In this document: piece after piece, positions 19,761 to 28,329 of the stretch
Position numbering within the stretch: position 1 is the stretch's first letter
How the letters are laid out: each line of letters starts with the position of its first letter
IMG/VR virus record: IMGVR_UViG_3300027581_000001
DNA length: 64,000 nucleotides
Reading direction: 5' to 3' (one strand)
From: an uncultured virus (IMG/VR IMGVR_UViG_3300027581_000001)
Lineage: Duplodnaviria > Heunggongvirae > Uroviricota > Caudoviricetes > Kyanoviridae
Position numbers and translations under genes: made by a program
Notes under the pieces: model-generated
What the model was told of the DNA's origin: nothing
What the model saw: the letters and a program-made list of their open reading frames with translations, nothing else
Database searches by the model: none

Positions 19761-20529
19761 ATTGGGGTTTTAAGTTTTCATATATGCGTTTAGCATTCTC
19801 AAAATTTTGAGATGGACCAATGTGTTGAAGATCTCTAGCAGAAGTACCAGAACTACAAGTGGCAGGATAAAATTGAGAAATAATTTTATTATCTAATCTA
19901 TCAATCAACGTCTTGATGTGGAAGTAGAACTGAGCTTCATGATAAATGGTTTTATTTTTCCATAAGTTTCTAATCATTTTAATATTCATGAGATTAAAAG
20001 GTATTAGATTTTCTTTTTTTGAAAATTTTTGATCTGGTAAGTAATTCCAGTCTCCAAAATTGAATGACGAATTATTTTGATACAATTGATATCTGCCCGC
20101 ATTTGGCCAGGCATTTATTACTGCCTTTGGTGTTGGATATTTTGAATCTGTAAAAATTATAGAATTGTGTAACATAGTTTGGATTGAAGCTCCCTGAATA
20201 CCCATATTGATAACAGGTCTTCCCGATAATTTTTCTAGAAAATAGGGTATGGTATGTTGATCGGTAACACCAATTCCAAAAGTCATTGAACACCCGAACA
20301 TTACTATAGACTCTTTCCAATCTATATCATCAAATTCTCTAGTTCTATATCCCAATGAATTTAAAGTATACTTTACTTCATGAGTTCTATAATACCAATA
20401 AGTAAATCCACCAGGAATTATATTTTCTTCGTTAAAAACAAAATTATTTTCCTTAAAATAAGCTTTTATAGAACCATAATTAGGTAAAAATGTATTATCC
20501 ATAATGCTTCTTACTACTGAATTTTTCAT
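19750..20529 (-). CDS. SGNH/GDSL hydrolase-like protein, paralog 3 (with 63-bp in-frame deletion)
   Basis: FGCS.TFG block I, INMG..G.S block II, RDLQH (DxxH) block V. Confidence 0.7.
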   Translation of the reverse strand: MKNSVVRSIMDNTFLPNYGSIKAYFKENNFVFNEENIIPGGFTYWYYRTHEVKYTLNSLGYRTREFDDIDWKESIVMFGCSMTFGIGVTDQHTIPYFLEKLSGRPVINMGIQGASIQTMLHNSIIFTDSKYPTPKAVINAWPNAGRYQLYQNNSSFNFGDWNYLPDQKFSKKENLIPFNLMNIKMIRNLWKNKTIYHEAQFYFHIKTLIDRLDNKIISQFYPATCSSGTSARDLQHIGPSQNFENAKRIYENLKPQLNS

Positions 20530-20533
20530 TTTA

Positions 20534-21439
20534 TTAATTTTTAAGTCGGAGTTTTAATTTTTTATGTATGCATTTAGCAATCTCAAGATTTTTTACTGGA
20601 CCCTTATGAATAAGGTCTCTAGCTAAACCCCTATCATTTTCAAAAGATTTGTTGTATATTTTAAATAAAAGGTCTCTATATAGACCCCAATGATTTTCGA
20701 AAGGTCTGTTGTGGATTTTCAAGAATTCACAATAAATTTTTTCATCTAATTTATTGATCAATTTTTCTTGAGGAAACATAGTACCTTCATAATAGATAGT
20801 TTTATTTTTCCACAAGTTTCTAATCATTTTAACATTCATGAGATTAAAAGGTATTATATTTTCTTTTTTTTCAAATTGCTGAGACGAGTAACTCCATTTT
20901 CCAATGTGGTGTACAAAATCATCTTTATATACTTGATACCTATGCAGTTCCGTTATCATATTCACTACTGCTTTTGGTGTTGGATATTTATAATCATTTA
21001 AAATTATAGAATTATGTAAGACTGTTTGAATTGAAGATCCCGCAACACCCATATTAATAACGGGTCTTCCGAATAATTGTTCTAGAAAATAAGGTACGGT
21101 ATGTTCATCAGAAACTCCAATACCAAAAATGTAAGAACAACCAAATACTACTATAGATTCTTTCCAATCTATATCATCAAATTCTTTGGTTCGGTATCCT
21201 AAAGAATTCAAAGTATACTTTACTTCATGAGTTCTATAATACCAATCTTCTGGTTGAGTTTGAAGATTTCGTTTAAATAATTTTTTACTATCAAAACCAC
21301 CAAAGTTTAAAGTAAATCCACCATCAATTTTATCCTCATTATTATAAGCAAAATTATTTTCTTGAAAGTAATTGAATATAGGCTCATAATTAGGTAAAAA
21401 TGTATTATCAATAATACTTCTTACTACTGAATTTTTCAT
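20534..21439 (-). CDS. SGNH/GDSL hydrolase-like protein, paralog 2
   Basis: FGCS, INMGVAGSS, RDLIH. Confidence 0.7.
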   Translation of the reverse strand: MKNSVVRSIIDNTFLPNYEPIFNYFQENNFAYNNEDKIDGGFTLNFGGFDSKKLFKRNLQTQPEDWYYRTHEVKYTLNSLGYRTKEFDDIDWKESIVVFGCSYIFGIGVSDEHTVPYFLEQLFGRPVINMGVAGSSIQTVLHNSIILNDYKYPTPKAVVNMITELHRYQVYKDDFVHHIGKWSYSSQQFEKKENIIPFNLMNVKMIRNLWKNKTIYYEGTMFPQEKLINKLDEKIYCEFLKIHNRPFENHWGLYRDLLFKIYNKSFENDRGLARDLIHKGPVKNLEIAKCIHKKLKLRLKN

Positions 21440-21443
21440 TTTA

Positions 21444-22307
21444 CTAATTTTTAAGTTGGAGTTTTATTTTTTCATATATTTTTTCAGCAATCTCAAGATT
21501 TTTTACTTGACTGTTATGCTTAAGATCTCTAGCTAGTTTATCACCTAACCAGGTGGAAAAGTCTCTATCTAGTTTATTATATTCAAAAGGTTCACAATAA
21601 ATTTCTTTATCTAATTTATTAATCAAGTTTCCTTGAGGAAACATAGTACCTTCATAATAGATAGTTTTATTTTTCCACAAGTCTCTAATCATTTTAACAT
21701 TCATGAGATTAAAAGGTATTATATTTTCTTCTTTTCCGAATGTCTCCTTTGGATAATTCCAGTCTTTAGACGTGTGGGTCACCATACCACTATCATACAT
21801 TTGAAATCTACGAAGATCAGTAAAAGAATACACTATTGCCTTTGGTGTTGGATATTTAGAATCATTTAAAATTATAGAATTATGTAAGACTGTTTGAATT
21901 GAAGATGCCGCAATACTCATATTAATTACTGGTCTTCCCAATAATTGTTCTAGAAAATGAGGTATGGTATGTTCATCAGTAACACCAGTTCCAAAAACAA
22001 GAGAACACCCGAACATTACTATAGACTCTTTCCAATCTATATCATCAAATTCTCTAGTTCTATATCCCAATGAATTTAAAGTATACTTTACTTCATGAGT
22101 TCTATAATACCAATCTTCTGGTTGAGTTTTAAGATTTTGTTCAAATAATTCTTTGCTATCATAACCACCAAAGTTTAAAGTAAATCCACCATCAATTTTA
22201 TCCTCATTATCATAAACAAGATTATTTTCATCAAAAAAATTTTGTATAACATAATAATTAGGTAAAAATGTATTATCAATAATGCTTCTTACTACTGAAT
22301 TTTTCAT
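21444..22307 (-). CDS. SGNH/GDSL hydrolase-like protein, paralog 1
   Basis: FGCS, INMSIAASS, RDLKH. Confidence 0.7.
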   Translation of the reverse strand: MKNSVVRSIIDNTFLPNYYVIQNFFDENNLVYDNEDKIDGGFTLNFGGYDSKELFEQNLKTQPEDWYYRTHEVKYTLNSLGYRTREFDDIDWKESIVMFGCSLVFGTGVTDEHTIPHFLEQLLGRPVINMSIAASSIQTVLHNSIILNDSKYPTPKAIVYSFTDLRRFQMYDSGMVTHTSKDWNYPKETFGKEENIIPFNLMNVKMIRDLWKNKTIYYEGTMFPQGNLINKLDKEIYCEPFEYNKLDRDFSTWLGDKLARDLKHNSQVKNLEIAEKIYEKIKLQLKN

Positions 22308-22426
22308 TTATATATGAATGGATCTTTAATTTTCTTAACTTCTTCGATGATTGAATCTAAGTCATCCGTCTCATCTATATTTTTTTTCTTTAAAAAATAA
22401 GAAATAAGTTTTTTAATAAATTTCAT
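22304..22426 (-). CDS. Small carbamoyltransferase-associated protein ending in DPFIYK (40 aa)
   Basis: MKFIKKLISYF...KKIKDPFIYK; starts 5 nt after the carbamoyltransferase stop and overlaps the next start. Confidence 0.65.
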   Translation of the reverse strand: MKFIKKLISYFLKKKNIDETDDLDSIIEEVKKIKDPFIYK

Positions 22427-22430
22427 AAAC

Positions 22431-23852
22431 CTAAGTAAACACTGGTATATTATATGTATGTTCCCATTTTTTGGATTGAATCTCATCATTAACCATAGGT
22501 TGGCCTTTGATATTTAAACTTGTATTTAAAAGTATTGGACATCCAGTAACATCATTCCATTGACTCAGAAGATCATAAAACTTTGGATTATCAGACTTTG
22601 ATAATACTTGAACCCTGCTGGTATTATCTGTGTGTAGTATGGATGGATATAATTGCGTTTTAGATTTTACAGCAAATTGCATATAGTTATTACCACCTTC
22701 ACAAAAATATTGATCGTAATACTCCTTCAATATCACAGGAGCAAAAGGTCTAAACTTTTGTCTTTGTTTTATTTCATTAACTCTATCCTTTATGCGAGGG
22801 TCTCTGGGATCTGCTATTAGACTACGATTTCCTAGAGCTCTTGGACCAAATTCTGCCTTACCTCTAGATAAACCACAGATTTTATTTTTCAAAAGATACT
22901 GAATTATCTCAGAGTTATCAGTCTTATATCCCATATCATATCCTAGATATGGATCTTTCCAATCAATATGTTTTTGTCGATGAGCAAGGGCAGATCCCAA
23001 ACTAGATCCACTATCTCCAGGAGAAGGCATTATCCATATATTTTCGTAGTGATTATATGAGATATGATTTGCTGCACAATTTAATGCACACCCACCCATT
23101 AATACTAAATTTTTACTTTTAACTTTAGTTGTAGATAGTTGTAATACTTTTTCGAACAGTTGTTCATAAACTCTTTGAGTTGCTGCAGCAATATCAAAGA
23201 TATCTTCCTGAGAGTTCAGATCTGGTCTCCAGTTTCTGCATCCCCTATGAAGATTTTTCTTAAATTTAAAGTTGCTGCCGATAAAGTCCTCATAGATATC
23301 AGAAATTAATCTATCTGGATTTCCATAAGCAGACATACCCATAAGAATATACTCTTCCTCATTGGGTTTCAATCCACACCTTTGAGTCATTGCAGAGTAC
23401 CAAAGTCCAATGCTATGGGGATATCTTAATTGAAATTTCAGATTTAATTTATTTCCTCGTGCTTCCCATATCGTGAGTGTTTGAAACTCACCTATAGCAT
23501 CGATAACCACCACACAACATTCATCAAACTTGCTGGTGAAATAACCAGCACAAGCATGAGTATAATGATGATCGTAATACTTAATCGGAACATCAATATA
23601 TTTCTTAACGTTTTGTACCAATCCCTGTCCAGAGAAAATTTGTCGTAGGGTTTTCTTATATGGATTTTCATACCAACAAATTAATTCAGGTTTTCCAAAC
23701 TGCAATGCATAATTAAGTATCTGATCATTTAAGTAGGGGTCATTTTTGATACCACTAAATCTTTCACTCTCACTTGCAAACAAAAAAGTATCGTCTGATA
23801 GCACAGACAATGAAGCATTATGGCTTTCCGAAGATATTCCCCAAGTGATCAT
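22431..23852 (-). CDS. O-carbamoyltransferase (NodU/CmcH/TobZ family)
   Basis: SERFSGIKND, DHHYTHA, DAIGE, EFGPRALGNRS, RPFAP, LLNTSLN. Confidence 0.95.
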   Translation of the reverse strand: MITWGISSESHNASLSVLSDDTFLFASESERFSGIKNDPYLNDQILNYALQFGKPELICWYENPYKKTLRQIFSGQGLVQNVKKYIDVPIKYYDHHYTHACAGYFTSKFDECCVVVIDAIGEFQTLTIWEARGNKLNLKFQLRYPHSIGLWYSAMTQRCGLKPNEEEYILMGMSAYGNPDRLISDIYEDFIGSNFKFKKNLHRGCRNWRPDLNSQEDIFDIAAATQRVYEQLFEKVLQLSTTKVKSKNLVLMGGCALNCAANHISYNHYENIWIMPSPGDSGSSLGSALAHRQKHIDWKDPYLGYDMGYKTDNSEIIQYLLKNKICGLSRGKAEFGPRALGNRSLIADPRDPRIKDRVNEIKQRQKFRPFAPVILKEYYDQYFCEGGNNYMQFAVKSKTQLYPSILHTDNTSRVQVLSKSDNPKFYDLLSQWNDVTGCPILLNTSLNIKGQPMVNDEIQSKKWEHTYNIPVFT

Positions 23853-23922
23853 AATATTATAATTTAATTTTATTTAGCAATTGTTCCTAAAGTATTGATG
23901 ATAAAATAGAGGGAGTTTTTTT

Positions 23923-23930
23923 ATAAATAA
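23923..23930 (+). promoter_or_regulatory. T4-type late promoter
   Basis: TATAAATA followed by GAGG RBS and ATG 23958. Confidence 0.65.
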
Positions 23931-23957
23931 AAACGAAACTCTTTATATGAGGTTATT

Positions 23958-24143
23958 ATGTCAGTCGCAATCGTATGGGCATGGGTATCATCTAATCAAG
24001 CACTTTTAGCAACTGTATTATTTGCAGTTTCGGAAGCACTTGGAGCAAATCCAAAAATCAAGGCTAATGGTATTCTTTCACTTATTCTTATTCAGGCACA
24101 AAATGCTCTGAAAGCAAAAGGCGCAAAAGACATTACTCCCTGA
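23958..24143 (+). CDS. Small hydrophobic late protein (possible holin-like)
   Basis: 61 aa, two hydrophobic segments, basic C-terminus, next to cell-wall hydrolases. Confidence 0.5.
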   Translation: MSVAIVWAWVSSNQALLATVLFAVSEALGANPKIKANGILSLILIQAQNALKAKGAKDITP

Positions 24144-24555
24144 GAGTAGTTTTAGAACAAGTATCCACCCAAGGAGCACATAACCGTATTTCACCACCAA
24201 GGGATTGACATTCTTTGGTGTGACATACGGTTTTATCTATATCTTTTTCTAAGAATATTTGAGCAGGTATCTCTACTGGTTTTTCTCCAGTTTGCCTCCA
24301 GTAATCATCAACTGCAATATCTACATCCCTTCCAATTCTTCTTTCAAGTTTCTTATCGTCATTAATAATAAAGTCATTAAGAATAGTTTGTGGAAAATAT
24401 TTTCGTTGTATCTCATCTAATAAATCCCACAAATTATCTGTGGATATTCCAGAACATTGAGAGAGTACTGCAATAGTGGATGACAATACAACTCCTATAA
24501 TTGCATATTGTTTAATATCAGATTTCTTCTTACCAAAATTAAAATTAAACTGCAT
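24133..24555 (-). CDS. Membrane-anchored hypothetical protein
   Basis: N-terminal TM helix, C-terminal Cys-rich motif. Confidence 0.6.
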   Translation of the reverse strand: MQFNFNFGKKKSDIKQYAIIGVVLSSTIAVLSQCSGISTDNLWDLLDEIQRKYFPQTILNDFIINDDKKLERRIGRDVDIAVDDYWRQTGEKPVEIPAQIFLEKDIDKTVCHTKECQSLGGEIRLCAPWVDTCSKTTLRE

Positions 24556-24667
24556 TCCGATCCTCTAGATATGATTACCATAGTACATAGTAAATGATAT
24601 ATGCTGTTCCTTCTTCTTCTTTATGTATCTTTATTTTTTTCTAAATAATTAAAATTGCTTCCCATCA

Positions 24668-24868
24668 ATGTCAAGGGAATGGAATAATCCTACCAGAGAA
24701 CCCTGGAATGGACCTATACACAGAATTCTAAAGGCAGTTGATAATCATACAAAATTATATCTTGAAACTGGTGATAAGTGGCACGAAGAGAAGGCACAGA
24801 TATTAAGAGAATATGTTTCAGAGCTTAAGGACTGGATACACAAAGAAGAAAAGGCAGAAAACTATTAA
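24668..24868 (+). CDS. Conserved hypothetical protein
   Basis: MSREWNNPTREPWN..WHEEKA..LKDWI. Confidence 0.6.
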   Translation: MSREWNNPTREPWNGPIHRILKAVDNHTKLYLETGDKWHEEKAQILREYVSELKDWIHKEEKAENY

Positions 24869-25314
24869 AGTTTGCCTTGCTGTTGATTCATTACCACAAT
24901 CAGTTTTTCGGGATAATCGGGTGCTGTGGCATAACCTTGTTCTTTAAGTTGCTTGGCAGCTTCATTCCTGTTTGGTGCGTTGTTAACACCTTTGTATCCT
25001 TTGTAGTCTTTGTACCACTGGTCAACGAGATAGGAAACACAAGTGAGTAGGTCAGCAAAATCAAGGAACCCATCAGTAATTGTAATCCAATTCCCGTTAA
25101 TAAATTCCTGCGTAGATGTATTAGTTCCTGATCCTTTAAGTCCAAAATAATTATGTTTTCCTGAAACGTGTTTTCCCCAACCTGATTCTACTGCCCACTG
25201 TGCTGCTACTAGTTCTGGGTATTTGGCACCAGAAGATTTAGCCGCTGCCATAACACCATTCCAAGTATTATCTTTAATTATCTCTACTCCTTTACTGGAA
25301 GCAGAGTTTTCTAC
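24865..25314 (-). CDS. Glucosaminidase (GH73) domain, probably made as a -1 frameshift extension of the upstream peptidase
   Basis: AAQWAVESGWG, HNYFGLKG, GYATAPDY motifs; frame open from 25314, first ATG at 25251. Confidence 0.85.
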   Translation of the reverse strand, partial: VENSASSKGVEIIKDNTWNGVMAAAKSSGAKYPELVAAQWAVESGWGKHVSGKHNYFGLKGSGTNTSTQEFINGNWITITDGFLDFADLLTCVSYLVDQWYKDYKGYKGVNNAPNRNEAAKQLKEQGYATAPDYPEKLIVVMNQQQGKL

Positions 25315-25339
25315 TTTTTTACATTAAAGATTCTTCCCC
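25282..25339 (-). promoter_or_regulatory. Programmed -1 ribosomal frameshift signal
   Basis: GGGGAAG, 12 nt, A_AAA_AAG (25320-25314), UAG, hairpin CUCUGCUUCC-AGUAAA-GGAGUAGAG starting 7 nt after the heptamer. Confidence 0.8.
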
Positions 25340-26006
25340 ATCCGTCATTACCATTTGGGCACCAACGAGCAGATAGATCTGATTTCTTATAGATAGCACC
25401 TTTGCCATTATAAACATCACCCGTATAACCATCGTTAAGTGATCCGTAAGGATCATTTATAACATAGTCACCACTCTGTGTCTTACCAATCACTACAACC
25501 ATGTGGCCGCCCGTAGGATAAGACAAAGAACCACGATGTAAGATGCCGATAACAACAGGTTTTTCAGTATTAAGACTTTTATCAAGATCAGCAAAAGAAA
25601 GATTATAACTAAAACTTGACTGAATTCCATAATTTGCAAGAACTTGTGTCTGCACTCCATGATCAGTTGTATCACCGATAGCAAAAACTTTCCGAATATA
25701 TGCATCATCTCCTTGTGCTCCTTTAAGAGTCCCAGGTTTGAAATACTCAAGACACATTGCACAGGCAGAAGAATTACAAGTGCGTTCTGCATTTGTATAG
25801 TTATCTGTCTGTGGATAGTAAGGAACTTCTAAACGAATATCAGATTTCGGTTTTTCAATTTTGGTTCTAAAAATTCTAACCCAGTTTGAGGTATCATCAC
25901 TTAATGGTGAATCAATCAAGTCTAATTCAAGTTGCTCTACTGCCGCAACGTGTTTTGGATTCTTCTCATCATAATATTGAAAGAATTTATGTAAGTCAAT
26001 TTTCAT
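25311..26006 (-). CDS. Peptidase C39-like protein (putative endolysin module)
   Basis: VPYYPQTDN..RTCNSSACAM (catalytic Cys), GGHMVVVIG (His), NDPYG (Asp). Confidence 0.85.
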   Translation of the reverse strand: MKIDLHKFFQYYDEKNPKHVAAVEQLELDLIDSPLSDDTSNWVRIFRTKIEKPKSDIRLEVPYYPQTDNYTNAERTCNSSACAMCLEYFKPGTLKGAQGDDAYIRKVFAIGDTTDHGVQTQVLANYGIQSSFSYNLSFADLDKSLNTEKPVVIGILHRGSLSYPTGGHMVVVIGKTQSGDYVINDPYGSLNDGYTGDVYNGKGAIYKKSDLSARWCPNGNDGWGRIFNVKK

Positions 26007-26094
26007 TTTTTGTCTCCATTAAAGTAACCAATTTTTATAATTATAAGGCAAATGCTCACACAAAAAAATAATAAAATTTCTGTGTAATACATAT

Positions 26095-26259
26095 TTAGTA
26101 TCTGAATTCGTTGATTTTTTCTAGAACTTTATCTAAATATACATTTGCTAATGTTTTTGGGTCTGATGAATACTGGGTTATTTTTTCTTCGTATAAACTT
26201 TGTTTTAATTTTAATACCCAGCACTTAATTTCGTCTTTGGTCAATTGATTTTTTGGCAT
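26095..26259 (-). CDS. Hypothetical protein (54 aa)
   Basis: Hand-translated MPKNQLTKDEIKCWVLKLKQSLYEE...YLDKVLEKINEFRY. Confidence 0.6.
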   Translation of the reverse strand: MPKNQLTKDEIKCWVLKLKQSLYEEKITQYSSDPKTLANVYLDKVLEKINEFRY

Positions 26260-26327
26260 AAAAAGAGGAAAGACTCCATTCTTATATAGAACAGAGTCTT
26301 TTTGTATAGAATAGTTAGGTTAGGATT

Positions 26328-26537
26328 TCAGAATACTCCAGGAAGTATTTGACCAGTTGTCAAATAACTGCCAACGGCAATTACAAATCCCAGCATTGCT
26401 AATCTCCCATTTAGTTTCTCAGCCCTTTGAGCATAAGTTTCTTCTTGATGTTCTGCCATGTCTTTCTCCGTAATGTACATTTTAGGTTCGACAGCAAACA
26501 GATTTTGTCTGTTACCGTCTTCTGTTGTAACTGTCAT
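26328..26537 (-). CDS. hli: High-light-inducible protein
   Basis: AEKLNGRLAMLGF..TGQILPGVF chlorophyll-binding motif. Confidence 0.95.
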   Translation of the reverse strand: MTVTTEDGNRQNLFAVEPKMYITEKDMAEHQEETYAQRAEKLNGRLAMLGFVIAVGSYLTTGQILPGVF

Positions 26538-26544
26538 ACCAAAA

Positions 26545-27429
26545 TTAGAACTTGATACCGACACCAACGGTTCCAGTTACATTGTAACCTTGACCACTGC
26601 TGTAGTTATAAGTAGCACGACCAGACCTTACAGAACCAAAGGTTTCTGCACCAGTTTCGGCAAAAGGAATTTTGGCATCAGCAAATAGAACGATGTTCTT
26701 TGCTACTGATACTTCAGCACCAACTACACCGACACCAGCACTCTGATTACCACCCACCTGACCACCAGCACCAACGTAGAGGTTAGCAGCAGACACTTTA
26801 GTTCCATCGGCAAGAGTCCTACGTGAGAGAGGAATATCCAGAGTAGCAAGACCACCACCGAATACACCACCACTTACATAGTTAGGAGTGGAAGTAAAGG
26901 TTACATAAGGACGAGCAGAGATAGCATACTGATTACCCAAATCAAGTGCCCTTAGACGACCTTGAAGTGTTACACCTGATTCATATACACGATTATCCAA
27001 TGGTGTTACACCTGGATAGTTAGCAGCATTACCAGAGAAGGCAATACCACCATAGTTACCAACACCTAACTGACGACGTTGTGTCGCAGTTACAGCAGCA
27101 ACTTCAAGAGTGGTTACACGCTTATTGGTGGCTCCAATCTGAGCACGTAGAGATGCAGCAAGTTGTGCGTCTGCTTGTGTGTAAAATTGAGTGATGTTAT
27201 CTAGACAATGATTTGTCAGAGCAAATACTTCACTGCGAGTTGCATCAGCAGCAGGCTTCACAGTGCCATTAGGATAACCAACAAGACATCCATAACGAGC
27301 ATTGAGATTTTGGATTGCTCCATATGCCCAGTCAGTTGGTTGTACATCTGTGAAGGATGCAGGAGCAGCAAATGCAGGTGCAACCGCAGTCAGAGCAACA
27401 GTACTAGCAATTAAAGAACGAATAAACAT
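26545..27429 (-). CDS. Secreted SLH-domain outer-membrane beta-barrel protein (cyanobacterial porin-like N-terminus)
   Basis: Signal peptide, FTDVQPTDWAYGAIQNL..YGCLVGYPNGT..TRSE SLH motif, coiled coil, amphipathic beta strands, terminal Phe. Confidence 0.8.
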   Translation of the reverse strand: MFIRSLIASTVALTAVAPAFAAPASFTDVQPTDWAYGAIQNLNARYGCLVGYPNGTVKPAADATRSEVFALTNHCLDNITQFYTQADAQLAASLRAQIGATNKRVTTLEVAAVTATQRRQLGVGNYGGIAFSGNAANYPGVTPLDNRVYESGVTLQGRLRALDLGNQYAISARPYVTFTSTPNYVSGGVFGGGLATLDIPLSRRTLADGTKVSAANLYVGAGGQVGGNQSAGVGVVGAEVSVAKNIVLFADAKIPFAETGAETFGSVRSGRATYNYSSGQGYNVTGTVGVGIKF

Positions 27430-27512
27430 AAATTTTTTATTGTGAAATGTTAATAGAGATTTTTCAGGAATCTCAAGAACCTATTTATTGTAGCATGGGG
27501 GTAAAACTTCTG

Positions 27513-28328
27513 TCAACCCTCAGGTGGGGGTTGTACGGAAGAATTTTCGGTTATCCGACCCAGATATGGATCATAGTTCATATAATCCTTAATGTCAATA
27601 TTGACACCATTCTGTTCCCAGAATTGAGATAGGGCATTGTAATTTGCTCTATGAAATGCATCAATATGCTCTGGATGAATTGAAGACCCAAGTTCTATTC
27701 TATAAAGTAAAAGTGGAATACTATATGTATTTCCAGAATTATAAATCAAATCATCAGCAACTGGACGTGGTTTACATCCATTATCAAGTTTATATTTTTC
27801 ACCTCTGGTATGATGCTTTAAAAGTTTTTCAGCATGATGACGATTAATTAAGTAGCAAGCAGTAGAGAAATCATTCACAAATCTCTTGTGAAGTTTAACA
27901 TGAATATCACCAGTGCAAATAATTGCGATTTGTATTACATCCCAATCATAAGGAACATGAGCATAAAAATCATTCCAATTAAAATTCCAGAAACGAACTA
28001 AATCCAAATTACAATCATCTTCCATAATGATTGCGTAGGAACTATTAGAAGTTTCATACCAATGTTTGATTGCTTTTAAGTGTGAAGTTGTACATCCAAT
28101 TTCACTTGATGACATCATTTCTGGATAACGACCAGTAACAATATCACTCAAATCATCTTCACGACCATCATACGCAGAGATACGAGTATAGTTTTCTATT
28201 TCCCAATATTTAAACTGCTCTTCCATATATTCTTTTCTTTCTGGTTGCCCATCAAGGTTTAAGTAATATATTGGACCAATTCCTTTAAGTTTATCTATAG
28301 ATTTATTTTTGTCCATTACTACATTCAT
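27513..28328 (-). CDS. Glycosyltransferase family 25
   Basis: YYLNLD..ER, EIGCTTSHLKAI, IMEDD. Confidence 0.85.
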   Translation of the reverse strand: MNVVMDKNKSIDKLKGIGPIYYLNLDGQPERKEYMEEQFKYWEIENYTRISAYDGREDDLSDIVTGRYPEMMSSSEIGCTTSHLKAIKHWYETSNSSYAIIMEDDCNLDLVRFWNFNWNDFYAHVPYDWDVIQIAIICTGDIHVKLHKRFVNDFSTACYLINRHHAEKLLKHHTRGEKYKLDNGCKPRPVADDLIYNSGNTYSIPLLLYRIELGSSIHPEHIDAFHRANYNALSQFWEQNGVNIDIKDYMNYDPYLGRITENSSVQPPPEG

Positions 28329-28329
28329 A

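Noticed and set aside
19750..22307. Diversity-generating retroelement behind the paralog variation
   Set aside because: No reverse transcriptase in the window; differences are not adenine-specific and include indels.
25284..25313. TAG readthrough or alternative genetic code joining the peptidase and glucosaminidase
   Set aside because: In-frame readthrough meets a second TAG after 8 codons and is not the glucosaminidase frame; no suppressor tRNA in the window; core genes are intact under the standard code.
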